Source: Epithemia pelagica
Lineage: Eukaryota; Protista; Bacillariophyta
Direction of reading: 5' to 3'
Length of the DNA: 64,000 nucleotides
Assembly: GCA_946965045.2 (NCBI GenBank)
Contig: OX337241.1
Location: forward strand, 1,488,001 to 1,552,000
Under the pieces are notes generated by a model. That model ran no database searches. It saw only the letters and a list, made by a program, of their open reading frames with translations, and had not been told where the DNA came from. The first letter of the stretch is position 1; each line of letters begins with the position of its first letter. The translations under genes were made by a program, and so were the position numbers. Positions 21,316-33,750 of this stretch are shown in pieces.

Positions 21316-21653
21316 CATCCGGAACAATCCCCCAAAAATGGCACAGATATCAGATGATACATTTCGCAGTGCCATTCTTGCATGCACCCATGTGCCAGAA
21401 AAAGTCCCGCGTGTGGGGTTGAAAGTTAAAATTTAAAATTCCCTCACTGTGAGATTCCACTGCGCACCACAGTCGCCTCCAAGTCCCGTTCCAAGGATGG
21501 ACAATTGACGTCGTCCGTCGTCCTCACAATGCCATCCGGTCCAGGTCCAGCCCGTTGACAACGACATGATGCCATTTCAAAGACATCGTTTCCAAAGAAA
21601 GTCCCCTTGAGACTCGCTCTCGTTGAAGCAGAAGTGGAAAATTCACACCGTGC

Positions 21654-24600
21654 ATGTCTAGCACAACTTTCAATGACGATATCAGCCTGCTGAGCAGCAC
21701 CGAACTAGTGTGCAAACCATCTCAGCCTTCTTCCATCTCTTTGTTTCACCGGCGGAACGATGACGAGAGTTTCACGATTGACAAGCTGCAGCTTGACAAG
21801 TGTGAGCTGTTGGGCCGGGAGAAGGAACTTGAAATACTTCAAGGCAAGTTTCAGCAAGCCGTCCAACTTCCAAGCAAACAGATTGTCTTGATTGGTGGAG
21901 AGCCGGGAGTTGGAAAATCAGCGTTGGCTCTGGAACTCCGAAAGTCCTTCGGGAGTGATCTTGCCTTTTATCTCTATGGCAAGTTTAAAGATGACTACAA
22001 TCAACCCTATGGAGCAATCATCGAGGCGTGCGATGTGCTATGCGACATACTTGCTTCTCCACCCGAACGATGTTCCTTCTCGCGTGATGATGTACAGAAA
22101 GAACTCAATCGACACCTGACCATGGAAAGTCTTGAAATGCTGGAAATGATCTTGACGAGTATTAAAAGATTACGTGGTGATTTGTGTGATGAAAAAATAC
22201 AAAATGACAAGGAGATACCGACGCATATCATCAACTACTCCCAACTCGCCACGGCTTTTCACGAAGCTTTTTCAAAGTTTTTCAAAACAGCGTCCTCCTT
22301 CGGAACCATAGTGTTAGTGATTGATGCTGTGCAGTGGGCAGACGAGGCCTCAATCGATTTGATAGAAGCTCTGGCCAAGGATGTCAAACTTGACTCATTA
22401 CTTCTTGTGGTACCATACCGAACAGAGTCCATGGACGAAAGTCATGGATTCAGACAGGTCGTGGGACGTTTACAACAGATGGAATTTCCGTGCGCTGTCG
22501 TCACTGAACTGATTCTGAATAATGTTCCTCCGGAGATTGTGGTGGATTTCCTTAAAGCATTGATTTTGTCAAGCGATGAAGATATCGTTGCTTTGGCAAA
22601 ACTGGTTCATTTCAAGACTGGTGGCAACATGTTTTATGTAAAACAGTTTCTCAACATGTTGACTGCAACCAAGCAACTGGTGTTTGAAATTTGTTCACTG
22701 AAATGGAAGTGGAACTTGTGCACAATCAAATCTGAGGCAATGGCAACGGAGAACGTTGTCTCCATGATTTTGGCACGTCTTCAGGAGTTCCCAGTGGAGT
22801 TCCAAACCTTACTGCCCCGGGCTGCATGTTTGGGAACAGTATTCACTTCAGCCAGTTTCGATATTGTCGTCCGTCGGTATTGCGATGACGTTGGTCGCTT
22901 GATTAGGACGTATGAGGAAGTCCGTAGTGAACCCAACACAAATGGAACACATCAAAGCGAATCTATGGATGAAACGTCCACAATAGGCAGAAGCTCATTC
23001 GCATCCATTACAGAAAGTTCTCCGACACGAACGCTTATTGCGTAAGCTGAAAGATGGTGTATATCAGTGGGAACACGACAAAATAAGAGAAGCGTTATTG
23101 AAATTGGCTGACCAAAGTGAGCTTGCCGACATTCAGTTTGAAGTGGGAAATCTTTAATACGAACAGCTCCCTCCAAAGGAGTTGAGCCAGCATTTGTCCT
23201 CAGTAGTCTATCTCCTAAACACGAAGGCACATGAACTAGAACCGGAAAACAAGCAACGTTTGGAAATTGCCAGACTCAATCTTCGAGCAGGAAACACTGC
23301 TCTTTCTTCATCTGCCTTTGCATTGGCTGTGGACTACTTGGCAAAGGGACTTGATCTATTGCCCAAGAATTCACTACAGAACAATGACCCACTGACTCTC
23401 GACTTATATTCTTCACTTGCTGAAGGGTTCTTTTGCATTGGGAAGCACAAGCAAGTGAATGAAATCTACGTTCTGCTGTCACGACAAACACAACTTGCTC
23501 TTTTCGACAAAAGGCGTGTGTGCAATGTCCACATTAGCTCACTATGTGCACAAGGCCGGGTTACAGAAGCAAAAAACTTGACCATTGAGATTTTGGAACA
23601 ACTCAATTGCCGTTTCCCAAAGTACCAGCGTGTTGTTTTCACATTGGCTGGTGTATTTCGTACCTTGTCTGGAGTGGATCGATCAATCTCCAAGATAAAG
23701 CATCTCGGTCCTATATCTGATCCCTCCAAGACATGGGTCCCTTATCTGATTGACCGTCTGGCCACCTTTGCATACCAAACAGAGCCAGATTTGATGCCTC
23801 TTGCATTCCTCAAAGGTCTTCGTTGGACGATCAACAACGGGATTTGCGATATGACAGCTCCTCTATTGGCTCTCATTGGTTTATTGCTTGTTTCTGTTGG
23901 CGATTTTGCGTCGGCTAAGAAATATGCCGATCTGGCGTTGACATTCACTACATCGCAGAACGAGTCTCGCACATTGTTGCTTTGTTACCCTTTTGTAATT
24001 CATATGCAGGCTCCGCTCGAGACTTGCAAAAGGCCACTACTTCGTGCATACAATGTTGGAATGGCGACGGGTGACCTTGAATCGGCCTTCTGGTCGATCG
24101 TCGGTGTAATCGAGTTCAGTATTATTACAGGAACTAATCTATCGCTGGTCCGCGAGGACTTTGAGAAATACGTTGGTGAAATGGAGTCCTTGAACCAGAC
24201 GAAACCTGTGCTTTGTGCCAGAATGTCGTGGCAGCTGGTTCTCAACCTTGTACAGGGTGGGCATGAGCTTGGAGATGACGTGCTGGATGTCAAAGCAGTG
24301 ATTGCTCAAGTCACTGAAAATCGTCAGTATGCACTCGAATGCATACACCTTCATCGTACAAAGCTTGCCTGTGCGTTCTGGTATGATCAATTCCAGGTTG
24401 TCTGCTCCATCATGGAACAAACTGGATACAACAAATTCCTTCCGGAGAAAGAGAAACCAGGTCTTGCACACCATGGCCAGATGTACATTTATTGCGCTCT
24501 TTCATGCATTTCAGTTGCGCGTTCTCTGCAGGACCCCGGAGAAAAAAGACGAAGGCGAATACAAGCTACCAAGTTTCTTTCGAAATTTCAATCATGGTCG

Positions 24601-24912
24601 TCACGCGGGAACCTTGCAGTACAACATGCTGAGGTGTTGGTAAAGGCTGAGTTGGCTTCATTGGATGGGAACCCACAAGAAGCAGAGAAAGATTATGAAA
24701 TTGCGATACTACTGGCTGGCAGAAATGGCTTCAGCAATTATCAGGGTCTAGCACACGAACGATGCGCAGCTCATGCCCTCCGAGTGGGAGACATGAATGA
24801 AGCAAGATACAATTATCGTCGTGCACTCGACTTGTACACGGAATGGGGTGCTTTGGGGAAGGTGGCCCATCTAGAGCCGCTCATAAGCAGTATCATGTCG
24901 GATGAGTACTAA
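21654..24912 (+). pseudogene. STAND/AAA ATPase + helical TPR-like protein with premature stop
   Basis: Walker A GEPGVGKS, Walker B-like VIDAVQWAD, KTGGNMFY, HDKIREA, NLRAG. Frame change near 22920-23010 (intron or frameshift). In-frame TAA at 23155-57. Confidence 0.75.
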
Positions 24913-25527
24913 GAAAAAGCGATATGGTTCTTTCGTTTTGAAGGCTTCATGACATTGTCTTGGGCTATTACTCCTGCTCCTCTAGGTTTGCTTTTTTTCT
25001 TGTTTCGAAAGCGCATACCTAGAGATCTATGCAAACAAACCCCCCAAATCTTTGGTGCCCCCCTCTCATCCCGCAAACTTGTCGGTCACGCTTTGAGGAC
25101 TTGTGGAGTTTGTGGAGCGGGTCTGCGTGCTGCTCGTACTTATTCTTACATCGAGATGGGCATTCTTGCGCGACAGAACTCAAACTCAACGGATGGGGAA
25201 GGCGAAAAATCCATCGTCGCGCCGGCCCAACCTCCGCCGAACCACAACCAACCAAAACCATGCAAACAAAGTTTTCTCGAAACCCCCGAACTTCAGACAT
25301 TCGCCACGCATCTAGTTGCGGAAGTCGACTGACTGGGAGCTGGGGTAATCCTGAGCAGCTCGCTGTCATGCCAGGCAAAGTCTGACTACAAAGCGGAACA
25401 CGACCAGAACGCTTAATCGATGTACTATAGCATAAACTATGAACATGGACAAATAGAGAACTAATAGAAAGATTTAGGCCCACCACCACGCGGTTTTTGC
25501 AACCGCCCCAAATCATACTACATTTAT

Positions 25528-26600
25528 TTACAGACGCACCATCTTGTGTTTCATGCCGCCTTCAAACTTGGCGTCCGGCTCATGTAGGGAAATCAACAAC
25601 GCTCTGAATCCGTTTGTTGTGTCGCACATAAATTCGTAGTCGAACCTGCTTTGGACCATGAAAGGAAGAGTCAGAGAAAACTTTGACCTGACAAAGTCTG
25701 TTTCTCTTTTTTGCATCTGATTCATGGCGTCTTCCAAAGCAAGTTTCATTCGTAGGTTTTTCTCCTCGACATGCCACTCTCTGTGCATGTGTTGGGTTAG
25801 ATACTGGATATGAGTTGCGTTGTCAGGCCAAATTACCTTCACATGTACCTGTAGCTGGCTTGGATCCACTTCAATCAAGCAATTTGTTGTGTCTTCATGT
25901 GCAATACCTGTAGGCAACACCACCAAAATCACCAAATGACGCTGTTTCTTGTCGTCGACCCACTGTGTCAAGACATGAGGAGGCTCCCAATTCCTCATCA
26001 TGTCATTACCACTGTCTTCTTCATTTGTCTTTTTCCTCTTTTGTTGTAGTTGTACCTGTAGTGTCTCCTGTAATGGCATGGATCCTGCCGCCCTTTTCTT
26101 CACCATAGCATCATCACTGACAACAGACTCAGGAGCAACCTTGGCAGCAACACCTGGTCATAAAAGACAATAAACCACCACAGGTAAGGACAGTGACTCA
26201 ACAATCAAACAAACAGTGTACACTGGCACTTACCTTGTCCTTTGGACAACCCAAACAAAGAAGGAGCTGGTTTGAGATCTCCATCATTGGGGTTCCTTAC
26301 CTTTCCACCCATAGATGGGGCCGTCTCACCACCACCCAACAACTCATGACCAGTCTCTCTCTCATGTTGATCCTTCAAGTGGACTTGATATTTTTTTTTG
26401 GCTTTGTTGAGGGCCGACCTGAATGATTCCAATTTGTACTTTTGGAAAACAGCATGTTCCAACCACGCAGATTTGGGTGTGGCGCTCTCCAGGATCAAGC
26501 CTTCTGACACGATTTTGTCAAGGAATTCGGCATCTTTCGACTTTGAATCCCACAAAAGCAGGGCACCCTCGCCCAAAGTGTTGCGGCCAGACCTGGTCAT
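25528..26600 (-). CDS. Harbinger accessory ORF (2 exons: 26600-26234, 26153-25528)
   Basis: Intron 26233-26154 (GTAAGT...CCAG) joins the ORFs in frame (LSKGQ|GVAAKV). Lies inside the TIRs, divergent from the transposase. Confidence 0.75.
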
Positions 26601-26793
26601 CGGAGTATAGGTACTATTAGTACCTAAAACTGTAGCGCGAGGGAGTGCAAAACCAGACTGGTCTGTTCGCACGAAAACTAATTATGACCCTAAAAACAGT
26701 TCACCAAAATCCAAACTGGGTCGGTTTTCATCATGGACTCCATTTTTCAATCGAGGAGGCCATGCCCAATTTGGCTCCAATTCTGAAAGTAGT

Positions 26794-27016
26794 GCGACCC
26801 ACGTATTGCCCTTGCCTTGGGTCAACCGTGGGTCGTTCGTCCAAATGAATTGGGCACTTATAAGGTGTCCTGGGTCGGTTTTAAAAAAACGAGCTGGGTC
26901 GATTTTTTCGAGCCAGGTCGTTTTTTCAAAACCGACCCAGGACACTTTCTAGTGGTTCAAATGATATAATCAAGCGACCCACAGTTAACCCAACATAAGG
27001 GCAATATGTGGGTCGC
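26794..27016. repeat. Nested inverted repeats between the divergent transposon genes
   Basis: 43-bp arms 26794-26836 / 26974-27016 (36/43), each itself a hairpin. Perfect 18-bp inner arms 26865-26882 / 26928-26945. Confidence 0.85.
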
Positions 27017-27356
27017 TTAAGATGTAGAAAGGAATAGGATGTTGGCGAGGTAGGGCCATTCAGAAATTCCAGTTTTTGAATGAAAACGATTTTTGAATCG
27101 ATTTCTGCACCGTTCCAGGCCGGTTCCAATGACCGGACACGAATTCGAATGAGTCACTTTATGTAGAACAGTACAAAGTTTAGTGTCACTGCTCAACTGA
27201 CCAGCCAATCAAATGAACGTGATGAAATTTCAAAAAACCTGTTCCAATGAACTGACAGTACTACACAGAGACAGACCGAGATCAGAGTGAAGGTGTGGTT
27301 AGCATCGCGACACAAACTGAGCAAACATAAATTTTCCAAAGCGATTTTCTCCCACC

Positions 27357-28295
27357 ATGTTGGTGACACAACGAACATTCATTAACTCGGCTCTGCCAAT
27401 GCTTGGTAGAGGAAGACACTCACATTCACTTGATTTCTCACGTGCTTTTCGCTCTTACTTTGGAATGTCTCCTTTGCTCTGTGTTCATGTGTGGGATGAA
27501 CTGGACAGTTCATTGCCCAAAGGTGCATCGCCTCGTCATTTGTTGTGGACACTGGCTTTTCTGAAAGTCTATGCTACAGAGGATGTTATGGTCTCAATGG
27601 CCAAAACAACGAGGAAGACCTTCAGGAAGTGGGTCAAAGTGTTTGTAGATTTGTTGTATAGTGGTCTTCATTATGTAAGTACATGGCCCTACATGAATTT
27701 GCCATGAAGTCGTCCTCCTCATATCTGACCATTGCTGTTGTTCTTATAACAGATTGTATGGGACAATAGGTTTGATTGTTGTGTACCTGGACAGGTCTGT
27801 TTCATTAGTTTGGATGGTACTGACTTCAGGATTTTGGAGCCGTCACCTTTTGATCCAAAATGGTACTCGCACAAGTTTAAGGGAGCAGGTGTGAGGTATG
27901 AGGTGGGAATCTGCCTGAAAACTGGCTGGATAGTGTGGTGGAATGGTGCATTCCCTTGTGGCGCTTGGCCAGACCTACGGATTGCCAGAGACTGGCTTGT
28001 TCAAGAGCTACTACCGAATGAGAAAGTGATTGCTGATGGTGGTTACAACGATTCTGGATGCTACTTTGTCACACCTACTGGGAGAAATGACTATCAAGAC
28101 AAGATGATGGCAGATGCCAGGGCGAGACGTGAAACTGTCAACAATTTACTGAAACATTACAATATCTTAAAGGAGAAATACAGAGGAGATCTGGATGGGC
28201 ATCACAAGGTGTTTGGAGCAGTGGTGAATCTGGTTCAGATGAAGATTGAAAATGGTGAGGCGAAAGTGTTTCAGATCGAAGTGGAAGATGACTAG
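27357..28295 (+). CDS. Harbinger/PIF-type DDE transposase (exons 27357-27674, 27753-28295; 286 aa)
   Basis: Phase-0 intron GTAAGT...ACAG. Motifs SLDGTDF, YSHKF, RYEVG, NGAFPCG, IADGGY, RARRETVN (D-D-E triad present). Confidence 0.9.
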
Positions 28296-28935
28296 CAGTA
28301 CAAATATGTAGCGGTTATGAACCGGGTGGTGGTGGGTTTTAATAGTACTAGCAGTCAGTATATCATCTTTTGTCGCTAGAGTGTTCTTTATTCAGAAAAA
28401 GCGTTCGGTAACTCCTATAGGTCACAGTCAGTATCTGACTGGTAAGGTAGCGACCTGCTCAGGATTACCCCATCTCCCTGTAAAAGAAATTGTTGGAATC
28501 GAAAGGGACGAAATGGTTGACGTCACTTGACGGAAAGAAACTATACGAGTGACACGACTTTGAGAGAAACCCGCATCTTCCCTGGGGCAACTGCGGACAT
28601 CACATCCCGTCTCCTGTTGCCACATACGAATCTTTCAGACAACAACAATCTCAAAGACACCTCTTGTTTGCTGGTGTGACAAACAGCCAACGCATTTCCT
28701 TCTCCGTCTCATCATTTTTTAAATGCACCGTTTCGGCGCGGCGTTCATGGTTCAATCTTACATCATAGTTCCTACCAAGAGCAAAGATTGCGTGAGGAGA
28801 ATAAGAAGTCCGATATTCACCCATCGATTCAGTCGTCCAAAACGTGAACACAACAAACAGCATTAGCAGAACCGCAATTTGGTGTTGCTATAATTTGGAA
28901 TACGACGACCCAACGAGGTTTGCATTGACACCAAA

Positions 28936-31900
28936 ATGCCATCCTTGTCGGAACTGTTTGACCAAGGCGCACCCTTCCATGACCATTCGTCGTCATGGGG
29001 GGAGGACGAATTTGATTACAGGAATGACTTTTCTGAGGAGGAAGAGTCTTATGGATGGCAAGCATTGTTACACCGTTTCCTGAAGGAGAAAAAAGATGAC
29101 GGTCGAATGGACTACAGTGCCTTGTCGGTTGCCGTCATGACACTCGGTTTGATTATGGTCGTCGAAGTGTTGCGCCATCGCTTGGATCATGCGGCCATGG
29201 GAAAGCCCTATTTTGTGGCTGTTCTCGAAAACATTTATGCGGAATGTAAGCATGCTTAACCATTTTTGAGATTGAAATACGATATACCTATGTCTTTGCA
29301 TTCTAATCAACGATCTTTATTTTTGTATCAGTGACCACCCTTGGTATTGTGGAGTTCTTTGTCTTTCTTCTGCAGAGATACCACACAGCCATGAACAAAG
29401 CGAAGAAAGACGTGTTTGGAGACGTGCATTTTGCTCTGTTTTACACTGCCATTCTCAATGCCTTGTAAGTTCCAACCCCGTGTCGCAGTATGTTCCGTCA
29501 AACACGCATTTTTCTCACTTGTCTATGGTAACAGTCAATCGATGATATTGGCCTTTATTACGCGAAGAGTTTCTCACAAAACTTGGGTGAAAACTGAAGC
29601 CTTGGAGTTGAATCACTACGTGGAAGTGCGCGAGGAATTTGATCGTGTGCGAACCCTGTTGTTCAAGAACCGGGATGCTCCGGATGGAAAGAAGGGTGGA
29701 GCTGGCTCTTCCACCACCAGTGACGAGGATCAAGATGGAAACATTACCAGCAAGAAATCGTCTTCTGACGGCAGCTATGACGGATCCTGGAACGGAATGA
29801 AGTCCTTCATGTCTGGTGTCGTGGACCACATTCGTCGTCCGGGACTGTGGCACAAGTACAACAGCTTGCTGATCCAGGTTCGATTTCACGATTTGCGTAA
29901 ACATTTCTTGATTTCCTACAATTTGCCGCCCAACTTTAAGGTTGCGGATTACTTGGTTCGTTGCGAATTGCATGTACTGATCAAACTTGTGCATGTGTCT
30001 TCTGTTGCCTGGCTCTTGTTGACGGCTTCATTCAACTTGTTGTACTTTCTTCTTGGAGTCATTGGTTACTTTGAAGAGTCTCCGCAGTTGGTTGGGACAG
30101 CTCTTATCTACATTTTCTACTTTGCCTTGTTTGGATTTGTGGTCTTGGCGCTTCTTGTCTTCCACAAAGTCAAGTATATTTTCCAAGAAATTATGCACCG
30201 GAATGAACTTTGGGAATCGACGCTTGCCGAAGAACGACACCGGGAGTTGGCGAAGGAACAAATGCAATTGTTTTGGTTCGGATCGCCCAAGTTGGTCATT
30301 TCTGCGCTTCAGTTTATGCAGTTTGGTTATGCCGTTGCATTGGCGGTAGTCCTGATGTTTTGGGAAACCATTGACGATGCTGATATCAGTATGGGATGGT
30401 ACTTTATGGCCATTTTGCTCTGCTACGGAATTTTCGTGGCGGTAGCTGCCCATGTGATCCCCCGATACACTTTGTGCACAAGTTTGGCCCAACTGGTGGA
30501 TAAGGATCGTTTGAATACTACAGTTGCCAAGTTCCACTTGGAGGAGGCCCGTCGTCAAAGAGAAGAAGAAGCGTACATTGCAGCATACGACAAGGATCAT
30601 CCTCTAGAATCGTACCATTCTACTCTACCAGAAACCATGAGCATGGACCCACACAACCTCCGTTCTTCAGTTTCCTCAGTGTCTTCCTTGTCCACACCTA
30701 CAGAAATTGGTGGTCCCTATGCTCCGATTGAAATGGACTTGGAGGGAGTCGAGAAACAATCCGTCAAGCCCACAGCGGAAGAAGAACGATTCAATCGCCG
30801 TCAAGCAAGACGCCGCCAGCGGAAATCAGTCTCAGATGGAGTTGCGCTCATGGCGTCTCTGAAAGATGTGGAGGAAGAGAAGACTGAAGTTGAAGATGAC
30901 CATTTCCCCACCACAGCACACTCTGTGTCCTCGGAGGAAACTGAAAAATCCCGACGTGATCGTCGCAAGGCAATGTCTGATGGAGTCGCTGCCATGGCTA
31001 GCATGAGATCATCGCGTCCTCGTCCCGGCCTTATTGCCCAAGATTCACAGAGAATTGCGAATTTGGTCGATGTTGACACAGCCTCGCTTCGCGAACAATT
31101 GACTCAGGCCGATTTAATGAAATTTGACAAGAAGTCTCAACGTACCAAGTCTAAATCGGACCCTGAGAGGTTGAAGAGATTATTGAGAAAAGGTCCGAAA
31201 GATGGAGAGGAGAGCACAAACGAGAAGAGACGCAGCATCACGTTTGGGATTCTGCCGTCAAAGAGCCACGACAAAGAGGAAGACTTTGATGACAACCTTA
31301 GTGATGTCGATGACATTCCTGGTGTAGATTATGGTCACCTTGATTCGATTCGAAAAGCTAAGGAACACGAAGAAGAACGCTTGTCGTTTAAGTCACAGTG
31401 TGAGCAGTACTTTTTGTCAAAGAAGTTTCCTGTGTTCAGCAATGTTTTTGGTACAATGGTTGCCTTCTTCTTGATTGGCTCTCGTGTGGAACGTTTCCTT
31501 CACACTGAAGACATTGTTGCGCGTGACTTTATCTCGTTTGATTTTAACGAAACAGTCACATTCTGGATTTTGTCATGCTATTTCATGTTCTTCTTGCTGA
31601 TTGATGCGCTCGCTCTGTATTCGGTTAACCCGAACGGTACACACAGAAAGTCTCGATCCCGGTTCTTGGCAGCATGCATGGACGCTGCCCTCGTTGCGTT
31701 GTGCTGGATTTTGTTCTGGGTAGCTGAATCCAAGCGTTGTTGCAATGAAACAGAAGAATCTCCCGAAGCCAGGTGGTTGGAAGACGAAGACAAGGGGTCC
31801 AATTATGGACCGGCTCCATGCAGTTGCCCTGCGTTCGGTTCGAGATTGTACGGTGGACTTGGAAAGATTGAACCCTTCACCTCTCTCATTGCGTTGCGAT

Positions 31901-33750
31901 TGTTCCGCTTCTTCATCGCGAGAAAAATTGTTAGGAAAAGGAACCGCAAGCTCGGGATCCTTCCTTCCGATCACGACTTGCAGGCAGAATTGAGAGACGA
32001 AGCCAACTTGGACCCTTTCAATGTTAACGAGAGCACACAACGTCATGGCTCTGGTGACGAGGACGATCACGGAGAACACCACGATGGTCATGATGACCAC
32101 GGCCACCATGATCATCAGCGTGGGTCAGCTGCCGAACTTTGGGAGACTGCCATTGCGCAACACCCAGATATTGTCGAAAAATATGGTATGTTTAGTGGTG
32201 AAATTCTTCAACTCATGCTTGGCCTCCCCCTTCCAGTGAATGCTGGTCATGGTAAAACCATGGATAGAGAAGAGACTCCTATCGGGGAAGAAGCATTGGT
32301 CACGGTACCGGGACCTGCCGTGCCTTCGAATTACAAGATTGACGACAAATATTCCAACCTTTCAGTTGGAGCCCAAGAGATCATCATGCAGGGAATGCTC
32401 GGTAAAACTGTCAGGTCTGTTAGCAACTTGGCTGCCCTTGATAGTGTGCAAACAATTCCTGAAGAAACAGAGACCAACAATCGGCCATCCAATTACATGT
32501 TCCAAGTGTCCGATGAAACTTCCGTTGCTCCCGCAGTCAACTTGGATCGACTTCTGTTTGATACCCCTAATGCCCGGCTTGTCCGAAGCATGCGAAGATG
32601 CGATCGTAAACTCCTTCCAATGTTGAACAAATGGTCGTCAGTTGACGTTGTCATGACCAGATTCGAAATGGTTTATTTCGATGCTTCAGAGTTCACCGAT
32701 GTTCCAGAAGCAGATTCAATCATGCAAGCTTTGAAGGCAACCAAGGGAGGAAAGGGGCTTCGACTCAAGGATGTCGCGATGGGCAGGAAGGTCGTTGGTC
32801 ATCTACCAATCTCGGACATAACTTCTCTGGCGATTGAGAGATACATGCCTGTGGAAAATGCAGGAAACGATGGCCATTATACAGATAATTCCCCTCAGAC
32901 TGAATATTGGAAGGAGGGGACGCATAATTATTCGCGGGGAAGTGCTTGGCCTAGAATCGAACAAGATACTCTTGCGGTACATACGTCTCACGGAAACACG
33001 TTGTATTTGCGTTTTTATTCGGACTTGGAAGAAGCTGAGTCGATGCTCAACCGCCCAGCTGACGAACCAATCACCGATGTTAATTTGCGGAAGAACAATG
33101 CGTTCCAATGGGTGCAAACCCTTGGCCGTTTCTGTGGCCCCGATCAGCTTCATCAAAGTTTGCCACATTTTGGTGAAGATAACGACAATGAACTCAGAGA
33201 TTACCTTGTTGTTCACCAACAAAATGAACACAAGAGAAATCTCAATTTCCTCGCAAATCACGGCCCTAACATGCGTAACCAGGAGACTGTCGGAGCTGTT
33301 TCGGAACGTGCTAACAAGAGATTTTCTATTATGAGACTTTCGTCGTTTCATCAACCTGCACCTGCTGCTGACGACGCAGAGAACGTTGAAGGAGCAGACG
33401 AGGTTGATACCAACCCCAACCAAGGTCGCTCCAAGTCCGTTTCTCCGCTCAGAAGATCACTTTCTCCCTTTCAACGGGCAAATTCTTCGGATGACATCGA
33501 TGTGGTCAGTTCCGCTAATAAGTCGAGTTCTCGGGGTTTCAAGAAACGTCCGAATCCAGTTCTCCGTCGATCTCAGTCTCTCAGTGAACTATTGAAGCCG
33601 ACGAAGGAAGAAAACAAGCCGACAGAAGCAAACGATAGTGAAACGCCATCATCACCCATTCCAATGCCAACCGTTGTTGAAGGCGATGGTGGTGCAGTTC
33701 TTGAAAATGGAAGTGCCAGTGTACAACATGATGATGACAGCCCAGTTTAG
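28936..33750 (+). CDS. MLO-like membrane protein with long C-terminal extension (exons 28936-29245, 29332-29464, 29535-33750)
   Basis: Spliced N-terminus ENIYAELTTLGIVEFFVFLL and FWFGSPKLVISALQFMQF resemble MLO signature segments. A second 4-TM block and a beta-rich cytosolic domain follow. Confidence 0.75.

Larger units (their letters stand above)
25336..28477. mobile_element. PIF/Harbinger-superfamily DNA transposon, two divergent genes, apparently autonomous
   Basis: 29-bp TIRs 25336-25364 and 28449-28477 (27/29 identical, GGAGxTGGGGTAATCCTGAGCAGxTCGCT). 3-bp TSD CTG at 25333-35 and 28478-80. Confidence 0.9.

Noticed and set aside
29416-29534. Track N-terminus METCILLCF of the 1444-aa ORF
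   Set aside because: Runs through exon 2 in the wrong frame and intron 2; the spliced model from 28936 gives MLO-like sequence.
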